From NCBI RefSeq assembly GCF_009834535.1, contig NC_045708.1, positions 434,001 through 498,000 on the forward strand: a stretch of DNA of 64,000 nucleotides, given 5' to 3'. Origin of the DNA: Camelus ferus. Lineage: Eukaryota. Under the pieces are notes generated by a model. That model made no database searches. It worked only from the letters and a program-made list of their open reading frames with translations, and was not told where the DNA came from. A program made the translations under genes and the position numbers. Of this stretch, positions 25,501 to 54,371 are shown piece after piece; positions within the stretch are counted from its first letter, which is position 1, and every line of letters starts with the position of its first letter.

Positions 25501-28500
25501 GCCTTTGCTGCAGCCCAGGGCTTGCCTGACCATGGCAGGGGACTGCGAGGGCCAGGTAATGGACAAGCTGCCTGTGAGAAGGCTGGATGGCAGCTAAGTC
25601 TGGAGTCGGGTCTCGGGGAAGGAAGTGGGCGTCCACAAGGGGGTGGTACAGCTGGTTACTCCCTGGGGCAGGAGCAGTTTCCATGGCGACAGTGATAAAC
25701 TCAGTTGAGTCCGGAAGCCTCCTGGGGGGGTGAGGGGGCAGTTTGGGGAAATTAAAGCCCCAGGGCAACAGCTGTATGTCTGCTGCTTTTTTTCCCTGGA
25801 TGAAAAATTTTCTTCCAACATCCGTTCCAAAATGACGTCAAGGGGAATCATAGCTCCCCCTAGAGGTGAGGGTGGTGAGGTGCGGGCCCAGGGGAGACCC
25901 TGCCCCTTGGGTCCCAGCCTTGGGTGCAAGGTGGACACAGCCCAGCAACACAGTAGTGAGGGGAAGGTGTGGCTGCCAGCACCATTTTCGGGAAGGGGGC
26001 TGAGGTCTCCCCCGCAGGGGCCAAATGGGGTGGGCGCAACCCCTCTTCACTGACATGTTCACTAGGAATTAAAACACCTGCCACTAATTTCTCACTTCTC
26101 AGAAATGGCAGCGGTGGACACACCCATGACAAATTATATCCGCCTAGCCACAGACACTATATGCACAGGAGCAGAGGCCACGGCTCACCTGACCCCAGAG
26201 CCACACGTGGGGTGCACAGCTTTGCCTGGGGGAGGGGGTGAGAGCCATAAGCTTCTCGACTCTGCATGGCTGGGGTCCCGGCCGGCTCCTGTTCCACTGC
26301 TGCTTCTGCTCCAGGGCCAGCTCTGGTGGACATGAAGGCATCCCAGGCAGGGCTGGGTGGCTCTGTCTCCTACTGGCAGCCACTTACAGCCCCTCTGGGA
26401 GAACACTAGGGCTCCCTTAGTGGCCATGGGGTTTGAGCGACTGCTGGTCTCAAGGTCTGTCCAGACCATGCAGCTGATCCTGCTTTTCTCCTGAGAAGGC
26501 AGAGGTCCCAACTCAGCCCTTTAAAGCGAGGGCCAGTGCTCACGGCACGTCTCCTGTCCTTAGCCGGGTGGGCAGGAAGCTGAGTGCCTATTCTCAGGCC
26601 CCCCACCCTGTGTGCCTCTGAGGATGGCTGGGCTATGCTGGGCTGATCTGTGGGTCCAGCTGGTGGGGAGCTGGAGTGAGGCTCCCTGGAGGAGAGGACA
26701 GTGGCTGGGGCATCTGAGCAGGGAACTGCTTACCAAAAGCAAACAATGCAGGAAGACAAGGCTGTGGGGACAGTGAGCTTAGGCTCAGTCCCAGGTCACC
26801 ATCCAGTCCTGAGCCCAAGGCAGCATGCCTGAGCGCTCAGCGCTGCTACCCTCCTCACTGCTTCTTAACCCCCGGAGCCAGGAGGAAGAGCTGCAGGCAC
26901 CCTGCTTTGGTGGGTAGCATGGGGACCCTGGGGGCTCAGGCTCTGGAGGGCCAGGCTGAGCAGCCTTTCTTTTGGCTGGACTGGGGTCTGCCCAGTAGGG
27001 GCAGGTGTGGGGTGTGCGTGGGCTGAGGCTCCAGAGACTGGGACCAGCAGGTCCTTTTGGAACCTGGAGAGAATGGGAGTGGGAGGGGCCCAGCTGGGTG
27101 AAGGAGACAGACTAGTCCCTAAAGGCCCACCTGTCTAGGAGAGCAAGACTGAAGAGGGATGCCAGGGGTCTGCCAGTCCAAGTGGACAGGCTTCTGCACA
27201 TGCGATGTCCCTGGGAGACACCAGGCAGGTGAGGCAGGTGGTCACTGCAGCCTTAGTGCTGGGAAGCCCTGGGGCCTGACTGGAAGGTCATAGTTCTAGG
27301 GTACTGTGAAGCTCCCCAGAGGTCTGGCCCAATGCAGAGGACCCAGAAGCCACCCCAGCTGCCCAGGCCCTGGGGGCAGAGTGCTCTGCACTCGGCCTGG
27401 GTGGGGTGCACTCTGCTGCTGCTGGCCTGGGCTCCGAGGGGCAGCTGTGTCCCCCACTCTGGGCTTAAGGTCAGGCTGGAGGCCAAGCTGTCCACCTGCA
27501 TCTTTAACTTCTGCGGCTCCCCTCCAGGTCTTCAGTGCTGGAGGACTCCCTCAGAGAAAACTGCGCTGTAGGGAGGGGGGATGTTGGGGGAATCCTGTCA
27601 CCTAAACGGCTCAGCATGGGCAGCTGAGAGCCCACTTTTGTCAGTTAAACATGAAGGCATCAGGCAGAAAGCACCTTCCTGATTCCCTCTTAATGACTCA
27701 CTGTCTTTGGGAAAGGTGTGTCTGTCCTTCCCAGCGGCTTCCAGTCTAAGATTTAAAGTGACCAACACCAGTGGACTGGCCATTTTGCGTGGTCCGTTGG
27801 AAACTGGAAGTGTGAGTGGCGCTACTCTGAGAGGAGAAACGTCCATCAAAGGGAGGGAGTGCAGTCACCTAAATCTTGAGCAGCAACCAATGCTTTGTTT
27901 TTTAAATTAAGCCAAGTTAAATGAAATTGACTTTTTTGTGAGACTGACTTTTAAATGCAGAGTTTTATTTTCAAAGTTGTAACTTTTAGTGTAAAAGTAC
28001 ACAAGCTTGCCAAATGCTGGCCTGTGGACAAGGACCTCATGTCTCTGACCCATTTCCTCTTCTTTATCCAGTGAAGCCCCCTGGGGTGCTGTTGGAGGTA
28101 TGGTTTTCTACTAGTCCATAAAAACCTGGATGATGGCCAGTGGGGGGCAGTTGGCTGGAAAACTCATTTGTTTTTTCTCATTTGGAAACAAAATAAAACA
28201 AACAACAAACCCCAGACAGAATCATCTTAGAATTATCTTTTTCCTATTTTTATTCAGGTTTAAAAATGTTTTCAATCTAATGGAGAAACTCATTCTGTAT
28301 AATTCTGGGAACTTAACAAATTCCATCAGGGAATGATAGCAGGGGATATTGGCCCAAGAAGTGAACTTTGCTAACTTTGGACACTGAGTTCTAGAGCAAC
28401 GCTGGCCTCTGTTCATCCTTGTCTCCCTTTGTCTAAGGCGGTCTGGCTTGCACCTTGGTCCCTGAAGCAAGCACACAGCCTTTGGAGGTTCCCAAGGAGA

Positions 28501-28779
28501 AGCCTCACCCGTCAGTGACCAGAGCCTGGACCCCTCAGCCCTGTGGAGCTCTCCTCCAGAGAGGACGTCCTCTGTGGGGCCTTGCGGGCTCTGCCTTCCC
28601 ATACTCCTGGGGTTGGCGATCTGTCCCTCTGTTATGACCCACTTTGAGAAAAGAAAAGAATATGCAACCACGACCACTGAGGTTAGCTGGACGCCCGGGA
28701 GAGCCCTTCATCCTATTGACAGTTGCGGGCGACTGGCTGAGGCCGCGCTTCTATCATTAATCTTAGTAAGCGTCGACTG

Positions 28780-46461
<17,682 letters not shown>

Positions 46462-47158
46462 GCTGGGCCTGGACACCTGGGGCACACTGGCCAGGTGACA
46501 TTGCCAAGAGGAAACACCCAGGTGCCCTGTTTCCCAGAGGATGTGGGGGCACCGCACAGCTGCCCACCTCCCAGCATTTTTAATCTTCCTCCGGTCAGGG
46601 CAAGGGCAGCACTAGAGGCCTCCGCTCAGGACCAGCTGTGCTGTGCATCTTTGTGGTGGGGTTGGTTCCCCAGTCTGCCGCCCTCCAGGCTGTGGTGCTG
46701 GAGGGGGAGGGACAGGTTGGGGCCAGCCCCAGGACACTGTTGGGAGATGTCTGCAAGCCAGGCCCAGGTGGGAAGAGGGCACTGCCCCCCACGCCCAGGC
46801 TGACAGCTCATATTCCCAGGCAGGCACTGGGTGCTGCGGTTGACCAGCAATAGCGATCCGGCCAAGTGGGGGGCCTGGCCCTGCCCAGTCCCACTTGGGA
46901 CCAGAACTGCATGCAGTGAGCAGAGCTGGCCCCTGTGAAGCCCAATAGAAATGCCCGCCTATCACTGTCCTGGGAAAGGAGGTGCCCCTCATGTCTGTGG
47001 GCCAGTGAACCTAGGGGCTGAGAACAGGCCCACGGCACCTGCTGGGGGCCATTCTTGAGGCCTGAGACCCGCTGCCACGGACGTCCAGTGCTGGGGGACT
47101 GCCCAGCCTGCAGAAGCCGCAGCTCACTCTGGAGTCGGGGTCTTTTTATCCAGAATCT

Positions 47159-47164
47159 AATAAA
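47159..47164 (+). terminator. ATAD3A polyadenylation signal (AATAAA)
   Basis: Canonical hexamer about 700 nt after the stop, followed by T/GT-rich sequence. Confidence 0.8.
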
Positions 47165-47283
47165 ACCTTTGACAGTTATTTCCCAGCGTCTTATCTCTTG
47201 GCTGGTGTAGGGGGTGGGTCTTGGAGGGGGTCACGGAGTCAGAGATGACAGAAAAGGCAAAGAGGCTGGAGCTTTCTGGAGAA

Positions 47284-47289
47284 TTTACT
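47284..47289 (-). terminator. Candidate TMEM240 polyadenylation signal (AGTAAA variant)
   Basis: tttact on the + strand. A pyrimidine/U-rich tract follows on the - strand. No canonical AATAAA was seen in the TMEM240 3'UTR interval. Confidence 0.45.
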
Positions 47290-47843
47290 GACCAGCAGGG
47301 GTGGGGGTCACAGTGAGGCGCCCGACCAGGGATACCCTGGGCAGGGTGGCCGCACCTGCCACAGCAGGGCTTGGGGGCCTTATTGCTGGGCCGGGGCCTC
47401 CCCTAGACCCGTACCCCGCGCCCCCCACTGCGGCCCGCGGACGCACACGTCCCATGCACGTGCTCCCGTGTGCAGACGTGGGCGCGCCCGGGTCCGGCCC
47501 CCATCCCGGCCGTGCCCTACTCCCGGCCGCGCTCCTCCAGCAGAACTGACCCCAGGAACCAGACGGGCAGAAGGAGACGGACGCCGACGCACAGGAAGCC
47601 GTGGGTTTCAAGTGCCAGAAGCGGTCCCGTGCCGGACGCGCGGCCCCACCCGCGGCTCCGGTGCCACCGCCCCCGCGGCCCCGCCCCGGCCCCACCCCGA
47701 CCCCCTTTATAAAAAGAAGAGGAGACAGCACCTTCCGCCGGACGCGCCCGACGGCCGCGGGCGCCCTGGCCCGGGCGGGCCGGCCGTCCAGTCCCGTGAG
47801 CGTGGGCGCGATGGCCGGCGGCCCTGCGAGTCCTGCGCGCGGC

Positions 47844-48139
<296 letters not shown>

Positions 48140-48367
48140 NNNNNNNNNNNNNNNNNNNNNNNNNNNNNNNNNNNNNNNNNNNNNNNNNNNNNNNNNNNNN
48201 NNNNNNNNNNNNNNNNNNNNNNNNNNNNNNNNNNNNNNNNNNNNNNNNNNNNNNNNNNNNNNNNNNNNNNNNNNNNNNNNNNNNNNNNNNNNNNNNNNNN
48301 NNNNNNNNNNNNNNNNNNNNNNNNNNNNNNNNNNNNNNNNNNNNNNNNNNNNNNNNNNNNNNNNNNN
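48140..48367. other. Assembly gap (228 N), expected to hold most of TMEM240 exon 3
   Basis: N run abuts the exon 3 fragment. A branch-point-like CTTAC lies on the - strand at about 48383-48387. Confidence 0.9.
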
Positions 48368-50269
48368 GGAGGGGACCCCGCAGTAAGCCGCACCCGTTCG
48401 CCTGCTGGGGTCTTTGAAGCAGCCCTTGTGGGGAGCTGAGGTCGGGAAGGGGCCAGCGCACTCGCCCCTGCTGGGTCACAAGGCGGGGAGGCTGCCCGGA
48501 GGGTGGGAGTGTGCGAGGTCAGTGGTCAGCGTGGAGTCCAGTAGCTGGCCAGGGTGCATCTGCTGGCGCCCTTTCCTCAGCTTCCCCTCCAGGGAATTCC
48601 AAGTGGCATCAGCCCCGCCCTGGCCTTGGGTCTTCCTTCTGTTCCTCCATCCCTTGCAGGAACCTCCCCTGCCCCAATTCTCTGTGCTGGAGGCCGGGGC
48701 GCCCCCCTCAACCGTGCCCCACACGGATCCGCTGCTCCTGAGACAGATGGTGGTCCAGGCCTCCTGGACCGTGGTCCCACCCAGGCCTGGGCCATTCCTC
48801 TCAGCATCCCCTCCCTCCACCATCCAGGCTGAGGCCACTGAACCCTCCAGGCCTTCACTCGCCTCTGAGGGCCACACGGAACCCTCTCCACAAGGAACCC
48901 TATCCACAAGCCTCCCTCCAGCCTCAGGCCTGCCTGAATCCTCTCCTCCTCCAGGAAGCCCCCCGGGCCCAGTGATTCCAGGGTGGGTGGCTCTGCCCAG
49001 GAGACCAGTACCCAGGACGACTCTAGGCTCCATGCCGCCTGCTCCCACCAGAAGAGCCGAGGAGAGGGAGCTGCCGGCCCTGGGTGCCCAAGGCACGTGC
49101 CCCCTCCCCCCCAATCACTCTTCACCAGCTGGGCCCTCCTCCTGCCTCTAAGCGCAGGGCTTACCCAGGAGTCCTCCTGCCTGGTTCCCGTCCTCCCTGA
49201 ACCCCTTTGCTGGCTTCTCCAACTCTCCACCCACCAGGCTCCCACTGCCTCCCGATGTCTGTGCCGAGCTCCCGCTGCCTGTGTGGCATCTCCACGTGGG
49301 ATCTACAGACACCTCAGACTTGCACCTAAAAATAGCTCCTCCCTCCCCAGACCCGCTTCTCCCCAACTTCCCCTCCCTTAGATGTTGACACCTCTGCCTG
49401 ATCGTCAGCCGAGATGGGTCCCTGTCCCCACCTTGCCACTGGACAGGCCTCACCCCCACTCCAGAGGGACCTCCTTGAGAATGGAAACCCCACAGGTAGT
49501 CCCTGACCCCAAGCCCCTGCCGTCCCCCGTCACCCATGTCCCTGCACCAGCAGGGGCCACAGAGTCCTTCCTCCCCGTGGAGTCACGGGGGTCCTGGTGC
49601 CCCCACACCAGCCCAGAGGGGACAGCGGCAGGCAGGTCTCCTCTCACACACCTCTGGCTTTTCCTGGGGCCTCCTGCCTGCCATCCTGCTCAGCTGGTCC
49701 AGCGTGTGACCAGTCCTGGTGGGTGGGGCCTCGGCCACCACAGACCCACGGAGCCAGGGCCAAACGGAACCTGGGTTAGTTAGCAAGGACTGCCTGACAC
49801 ATGGCAGCCCGGCTCACCTGATCACAGCTTGCCAGGAGCCTTCGGAGGTCATCAATAAGAGATGGAAAACTATGATTATCGCCCAGAATGTGCAGGAGCT
49901 GCCAGCCCTCGGAGGATGACGCCCCTCGTCACCCAGGCCAGGCCAGACCTCGCAACAGCTGGTAACACTGAGCTTCGCTTCCACCTCCTGCCTGCCCCAG
50001 TCTCCGGGACCCCGACTGGGTCATCCTCAGGCCCACTCCTTCCTAGCCCTGGACAGGGCAGGAGACTTGAAGACCAAGTCGCCAAGGAAGCCAGAGATGC
50101 CCCTGCAAGTGGAATGGGGCCAGGGCTCCAACTGCCCCTGGAGGCACAGGACCTCCAGGGAGTCGAAGGTCATGACCTGTACCCCCAACACTGGCCTGGC
50201 ATCTGCTGCCCCTCTCCTACCCCTTGCCCTCCTCCTTCCTCCAAGTCATGCTCCTGGGACCAGGGGCTT

Positions 50270-51190
50270 GGGTCACCCACGTGCACACGTATTTCTGTGA
50301 TGTGTACATACATGTGTCCTGCCTGGGCCACGCGTGCTGCACGTGTCTACCTGAGGGCAGACGCATGTTGTGTATACATGCCGGCCACATGCACAGAACA
50401 CGGCGTGTATACCATGGACTCAGGCCTGCGAGCTCCACAAGTGTGCATGTGCACACTCGCCCGGGCATGAGCATGGTGCGTGCGTGTCACATGTAAATGC
50501 ACATGCATTGGGCGCTGCGCACAACTGTCCTCTCTGTGGGCACTGTGGCACACACGTGGGTGTGCACAGCCTGCTGGCATGTGCGCTCTGGGACACTTGC
50601 ACATGTGTCCTCTGCATACAGTCCCCCATATAGGCATGTAGAAGGCATACACGTGTGTGCACTCTGCACACGGTGTGTACACACCAGTCCATTGTGGCAA
50701 TGCGTGTCCACAGCGTGTATAGACACCCCGTCTGCGAGACTACTCTGCAGACACAGTGCACACACACGGAGCACACGGGGCTGTATATTGTGCTTTACCA
50801 TGTACTGTGCAGACACGTACATGTCATCAATATACAAGACTCCTCTGTACACCGAGTTTACACATCCTGTGTGTAGCAATGAGTACAAAGCACACGCACG
50901 TGGACACACACAGAAACACTCTATGCTTGTGGCAGGCGTGGCTCTTTGTGTTTTCTGTGTCCACAAACACTCTAAGCTGTGCAACCAGGCCTCTCCGGAA
51001 CTTGCACTCCGTGGTGGGCACGTTTTACACGAATCCGTGTGTACTCTGGACACTATGTATCATGCATACACACACCCTGAGCAAAAACATTCTGAAAACA
51101 CACCTTGTCTGCCTGCCCAGAAGGGCCCTCAGCGGGAGGTCACAGGCACACCCGAGCTGGTCACAATAAGACAGCTCCCGCACGTGTCAA
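50270..51190. repeat. Degenerate alternating purine-pyrimidine (CA/TG-rich) low-complexity tract in TMEM240 intron 2
   Basis: Dense cacacg/tgtgca/catgtg words. A smaller similar patch lies at about 51720-51850. Confidence 0.75.
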
Positions 51191-51599
51191 ACATGCGTTA
51201 CTAATGTTTATGGAGCTAAAGTCTGGGCCCCGTGCCGAGCACACCACCAGTCTCCAGGAGGGTCTCAAGATCCCTGCTTCTACCCTCACAGTCAGCCCAG
51301 GAAGCAGCGCAGCTGGCCTCATGTGGCTCCTTCACCCTGGGCCATGCGCCCCAGGCAGGGACACAGGTCTCTGGAGAGTGGCCACCAGCAAACTCCCTGG
51401 ATGACTCCTGGCCAGCACCTGGGAGGGTCGCTTACACGCGTCTCCACCTGCCCTGATGGCCCGTGTTCCGCTTCGACACTCAGTCTGCACACACAGGGAT
51501 GCTGCGTGCTTGTGAGGCCTGGAACCGTCCTCTCTCACACTCACACCCCCCTTCCGTGTGCACACACGTCCCTGGAGCCAGAGCACGGGGCAGGTTCAA

Positions 51600-51940
51600 G
51601 AAGGCAAGCTCGAGCCCCTAGGGCCTACCAGCTGTGTGGCCTTGGGTAAGTCTGTCTACTCAAGCTCTCACTCTTTCTCAAGGTCCCAGCGTGCGGGCAT
51701 CCTGCCGGGGTGCGGGGGTGCTATGTGTGCGCACATGTATATGCACAGACGGTACACACATGCGCGTCTCATGAGAAGATGTTTATTTCATACATGGACG
51801 TACAAACATGCATGGCCAGGAAGACTCCATCACTACATGTGCACAGCATGAGGGGTCACAAAGTGGGCGCAGGGGCCTCGGCTCTCCCCTTCCTCTGTGT
51901 GACCTTGAGCAAGCTCCACCTCCTTGCCTCAGTTCCTCCC
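51600..51940. mobile_element. MIR fragments
   Basis: ctaccagctgtgtggccttgggtaagt and tgtgtgaccttgagcaagctccacctccttgcctcagttcc resemble the MIR core. Similar remnants at about 80-125 and 340-385. Confidence 0.55.
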
Positions 51941-52419
51941 AAGTTCAAGGAGGGGGTTGGGCGCGATGCCTCACTCAGGGTAGGCCCTGCCCACCTTGAC
52001 CTTCTGTACTTCCCTCTACCTGGCTCCTGGGAAAGTTCACGGACACAGCTCAGGGCCCAGGGAGGAGGATGGTGTCCTCTGTGGCCACAGCCGTGCGCAG
52101 GATCCCTCCCGGGACACAGGCTGGGCTGCTGCTCCCCCGGCCTCCAGGCCCTGGACCAGGACCCATTCTGTTCGTCATCCCGCCAGCCCTTTCTCTAAAG
52201 GCAATTGGGGAGGGGGTCCGACTGACGCAGGCATGCCCCTCCCAACACCTATCTGTGGGCTGGAGGCTGGACAGTCCTTCCCCCACCCGGCCTGGCACAA
52301 GCCTCGGCAGTCTCCGCAAGCCTAGCCTAGCTCGGCCTTGCAGCGCGGCCTGCGCGGGGCTCGCGGGAGCCCCAGTGGGCTCCACCTCCGCCTCACATGT
52401 GTGATCACGCGTGTGCCCC

Positions 52420-52566
52420 NNNNNNNNNNNNNNNNNNNNNNNNNNNNNNNNNNNNNNNNNNNNNNNNNNNNNNNNNNNNNNNNNNNNNNNNNNNNNNNNN
52501 NNNNNNNNNNNNNNNNNNNNNNNNNNNNNNNNNNNNNNNNNNNNNNNNNNNNNNNNNNNNNNNNNN
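52420..52566. other. Assembly gap (147 N), probably TMEM240 exon 2
   Basis: N run at the distance expected for a ~4-kb intron 2. The exon 2 peptide is not found elsewhere in the window. Confidence 0.75.
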
Positions 52567-53300
52567 NCGCCGAGGAGGGCCCGGACCGGGGGCCCCACAG
52601 GCAGGGCTCGGCGCGCTGAGGACGGGGGAGCGCAGGGCAGCGGGGAATCGGGGAGCGCAGGCCGCGCGGGCCGGTAAACAAGGGGCGGGAGGGGGAGGCG
52701 GCGCGCGGGCGCGGGAGGCGCGAGCGNNNNNNNNNNNNNNNNNNNNNNNNNNNNNNNNNNNNNNNNNNNNNNNNNNNNNNNNNNNNNNNNNNNNNNNNNN
52801 NNNNNNNNNNNNNNNNNNNNNNNNNNNNNNNNNNNNNNNNNNNNNNNNNNNNNNNNNNNNNNNNNNNNNNNNNNNNNNNNNNNNNNNNNNNNNNNNNNNN
52901 NNNNNNNNNNNNNNNNNNNNNNNNNNNNNNACCCACCGCCGCGGGCCGGGGAGCAGGCGCGGGGCCGGCGCGGGGCAGGGGACGCGGCGCTCCCGGGGTC
53001 CTCGGCCGCCCGGCCCGCGCGCTCGCCGCGCCCGCCGCGCTCCGCTCCGCCCTCGGCCCTGCCTCCCGCCCTGCGCGCGGCGCCGCTCCGACCCCCTCCC
53101 CCCGCGGCCTCCCCCGCGCCCCGCCTCACGGGAGGGATGTCGCCGCCCGCTGCCGCCCGCCCCCGCGACGCTGGCCGGACCCCTCCCCGGGGCCCGCAGG
53201 GCCCGCTCGCCCCCATCTGGACAGTCCCGACCCTGGCTGACTGCCCAGCGCCCCTGGACCCTGGGCCGCGTCCCGACCCGCCAGGCGATAGTGAAGAGGC
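52567..53300. promoter_or_regulatory. TMEM240 5' CpG island, including a 204-N gap at 52727-52930 that probably holds coding exon 1
   Basis: Extremely GC/CpG-rich flanks. The MSMSANTMIF start is not visible in the called sequence. Confidence 0.7.
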
Positions 53301-53917
53301 CCTGGGCTTCCTTCCGCTCTCCTCCTCCTCCTCCCCACTTCTCAGCAGGAGGCCCCTCCTCCCAGCCCGGGGTCGCTAGGTGAGGGGCGGCGGGCAGGCT
53401 GCTCAGCACCCAGCCCCCCATGGCAAGAGGCTGCCTTTACTGAGGGGCCTGCAGGGTCGCAGGGGAGCTGCCAGGGACAGTCAGTTGGAAGCCATGGCCG
53501 CATGGCCCGAGGGTGGTGCCCAGCAAGGGCCAGAGGATTCCCTCCCGCCAGGCAGGGCCAGCCTCGGCCCCAGCTCTCCTTAGGGGTCAGCCTGGAGGCC
53601 AGAGGCCAGTGATGAGGCCCTGATCTGGCTGCCCCAGAATGCTGGGGAATTAGGAAGGGGTCCCTGAGCCAACCCGTCATCCACAGCCCAGGGACAGCAC
53701 TGCCCACACAGGAGCCCCCACTTTCCCACAGCCACAGAAACCACGGGGGTCACCAAGGACAGGTGATGGTTGCACAGGAAGCAGGCACAAATCTCCCCAG
53801 CACACACCGGGTGCTGGGGTCGTGCTGGGGAGCCAGGCTGGACCCAGAGGTCTGTGCTGCTGTCTGAGGAGTATGATGGGGCACTCAGGACGAAGCCAAG
53901 ACGACCGGCAGCATCTG

Positions 53918-54197
53918 TTTATTGGATAATTGCAGGTTCTCTCCCCTGAAGTACACCTGTTGCTTTATTCGGGGTTTTGTACATTCCAGCCAGTTAGGGG
54001 ACATAAGAAGGATGCTCAGCGAAAGGCAGATGTATTGGGAGAAATGTGCTATAAACCGTTTTCTTCTTTTTTGAGTAAAGGAGAAAAACACTTTATATAA
54101 TCAGTATCCCACTCCTGAGCACAAGTGGGACAGGAAAACTTGATTGCTCTTCATCCGCACTTACGGCTATCCTCTCATTTCACATGTACAGTTTATT
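53918..54197 (-). terminator. Three SSU72 AATAAA signals (54192-54197, 53964-53969, 53918-53923)
   Basis: TTTATT on the + strand at each position, downstream of the SSU72 stop. Confidence 0.75.
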
Positions 54198-54265
54198 TGG
54201 GTGCTGCTACTGGGAAAGGTGAAAGCAAGTATCAGGAAGGAAGAAGTATTAACAAAAGAAAGCTC

Positions 54266-54371
54266 AAAAAGATGGCTTGGGGAGGGCGGTGGTCAGTAGA
54301 AGCAGACGGTGTGCAGGAAAAAGATGGCTCTGGAAGGGCAGTGGTCAGTAGAAGCAGACGGTGTGCAGGAA
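54266..54371. repeat. 52-bp tandem duplication spanning the SSU72 stop codon
   Basis: 54266-54317 and 54318-54369 match at 48 of 52 positions. Confidence 0.95.

Noticed and set aside
50217-51204. Cys/His-rich ORFs resembling metal-binding proteins
   Set aside because: By-product of the CA/TG-alternating tract; open on both strands and in several frames.
52050-53421. Long ORFs of 328-388 aa (also 47468..48439)
   Set aside because: Length is inflated by N-gaps and extreme GC content.
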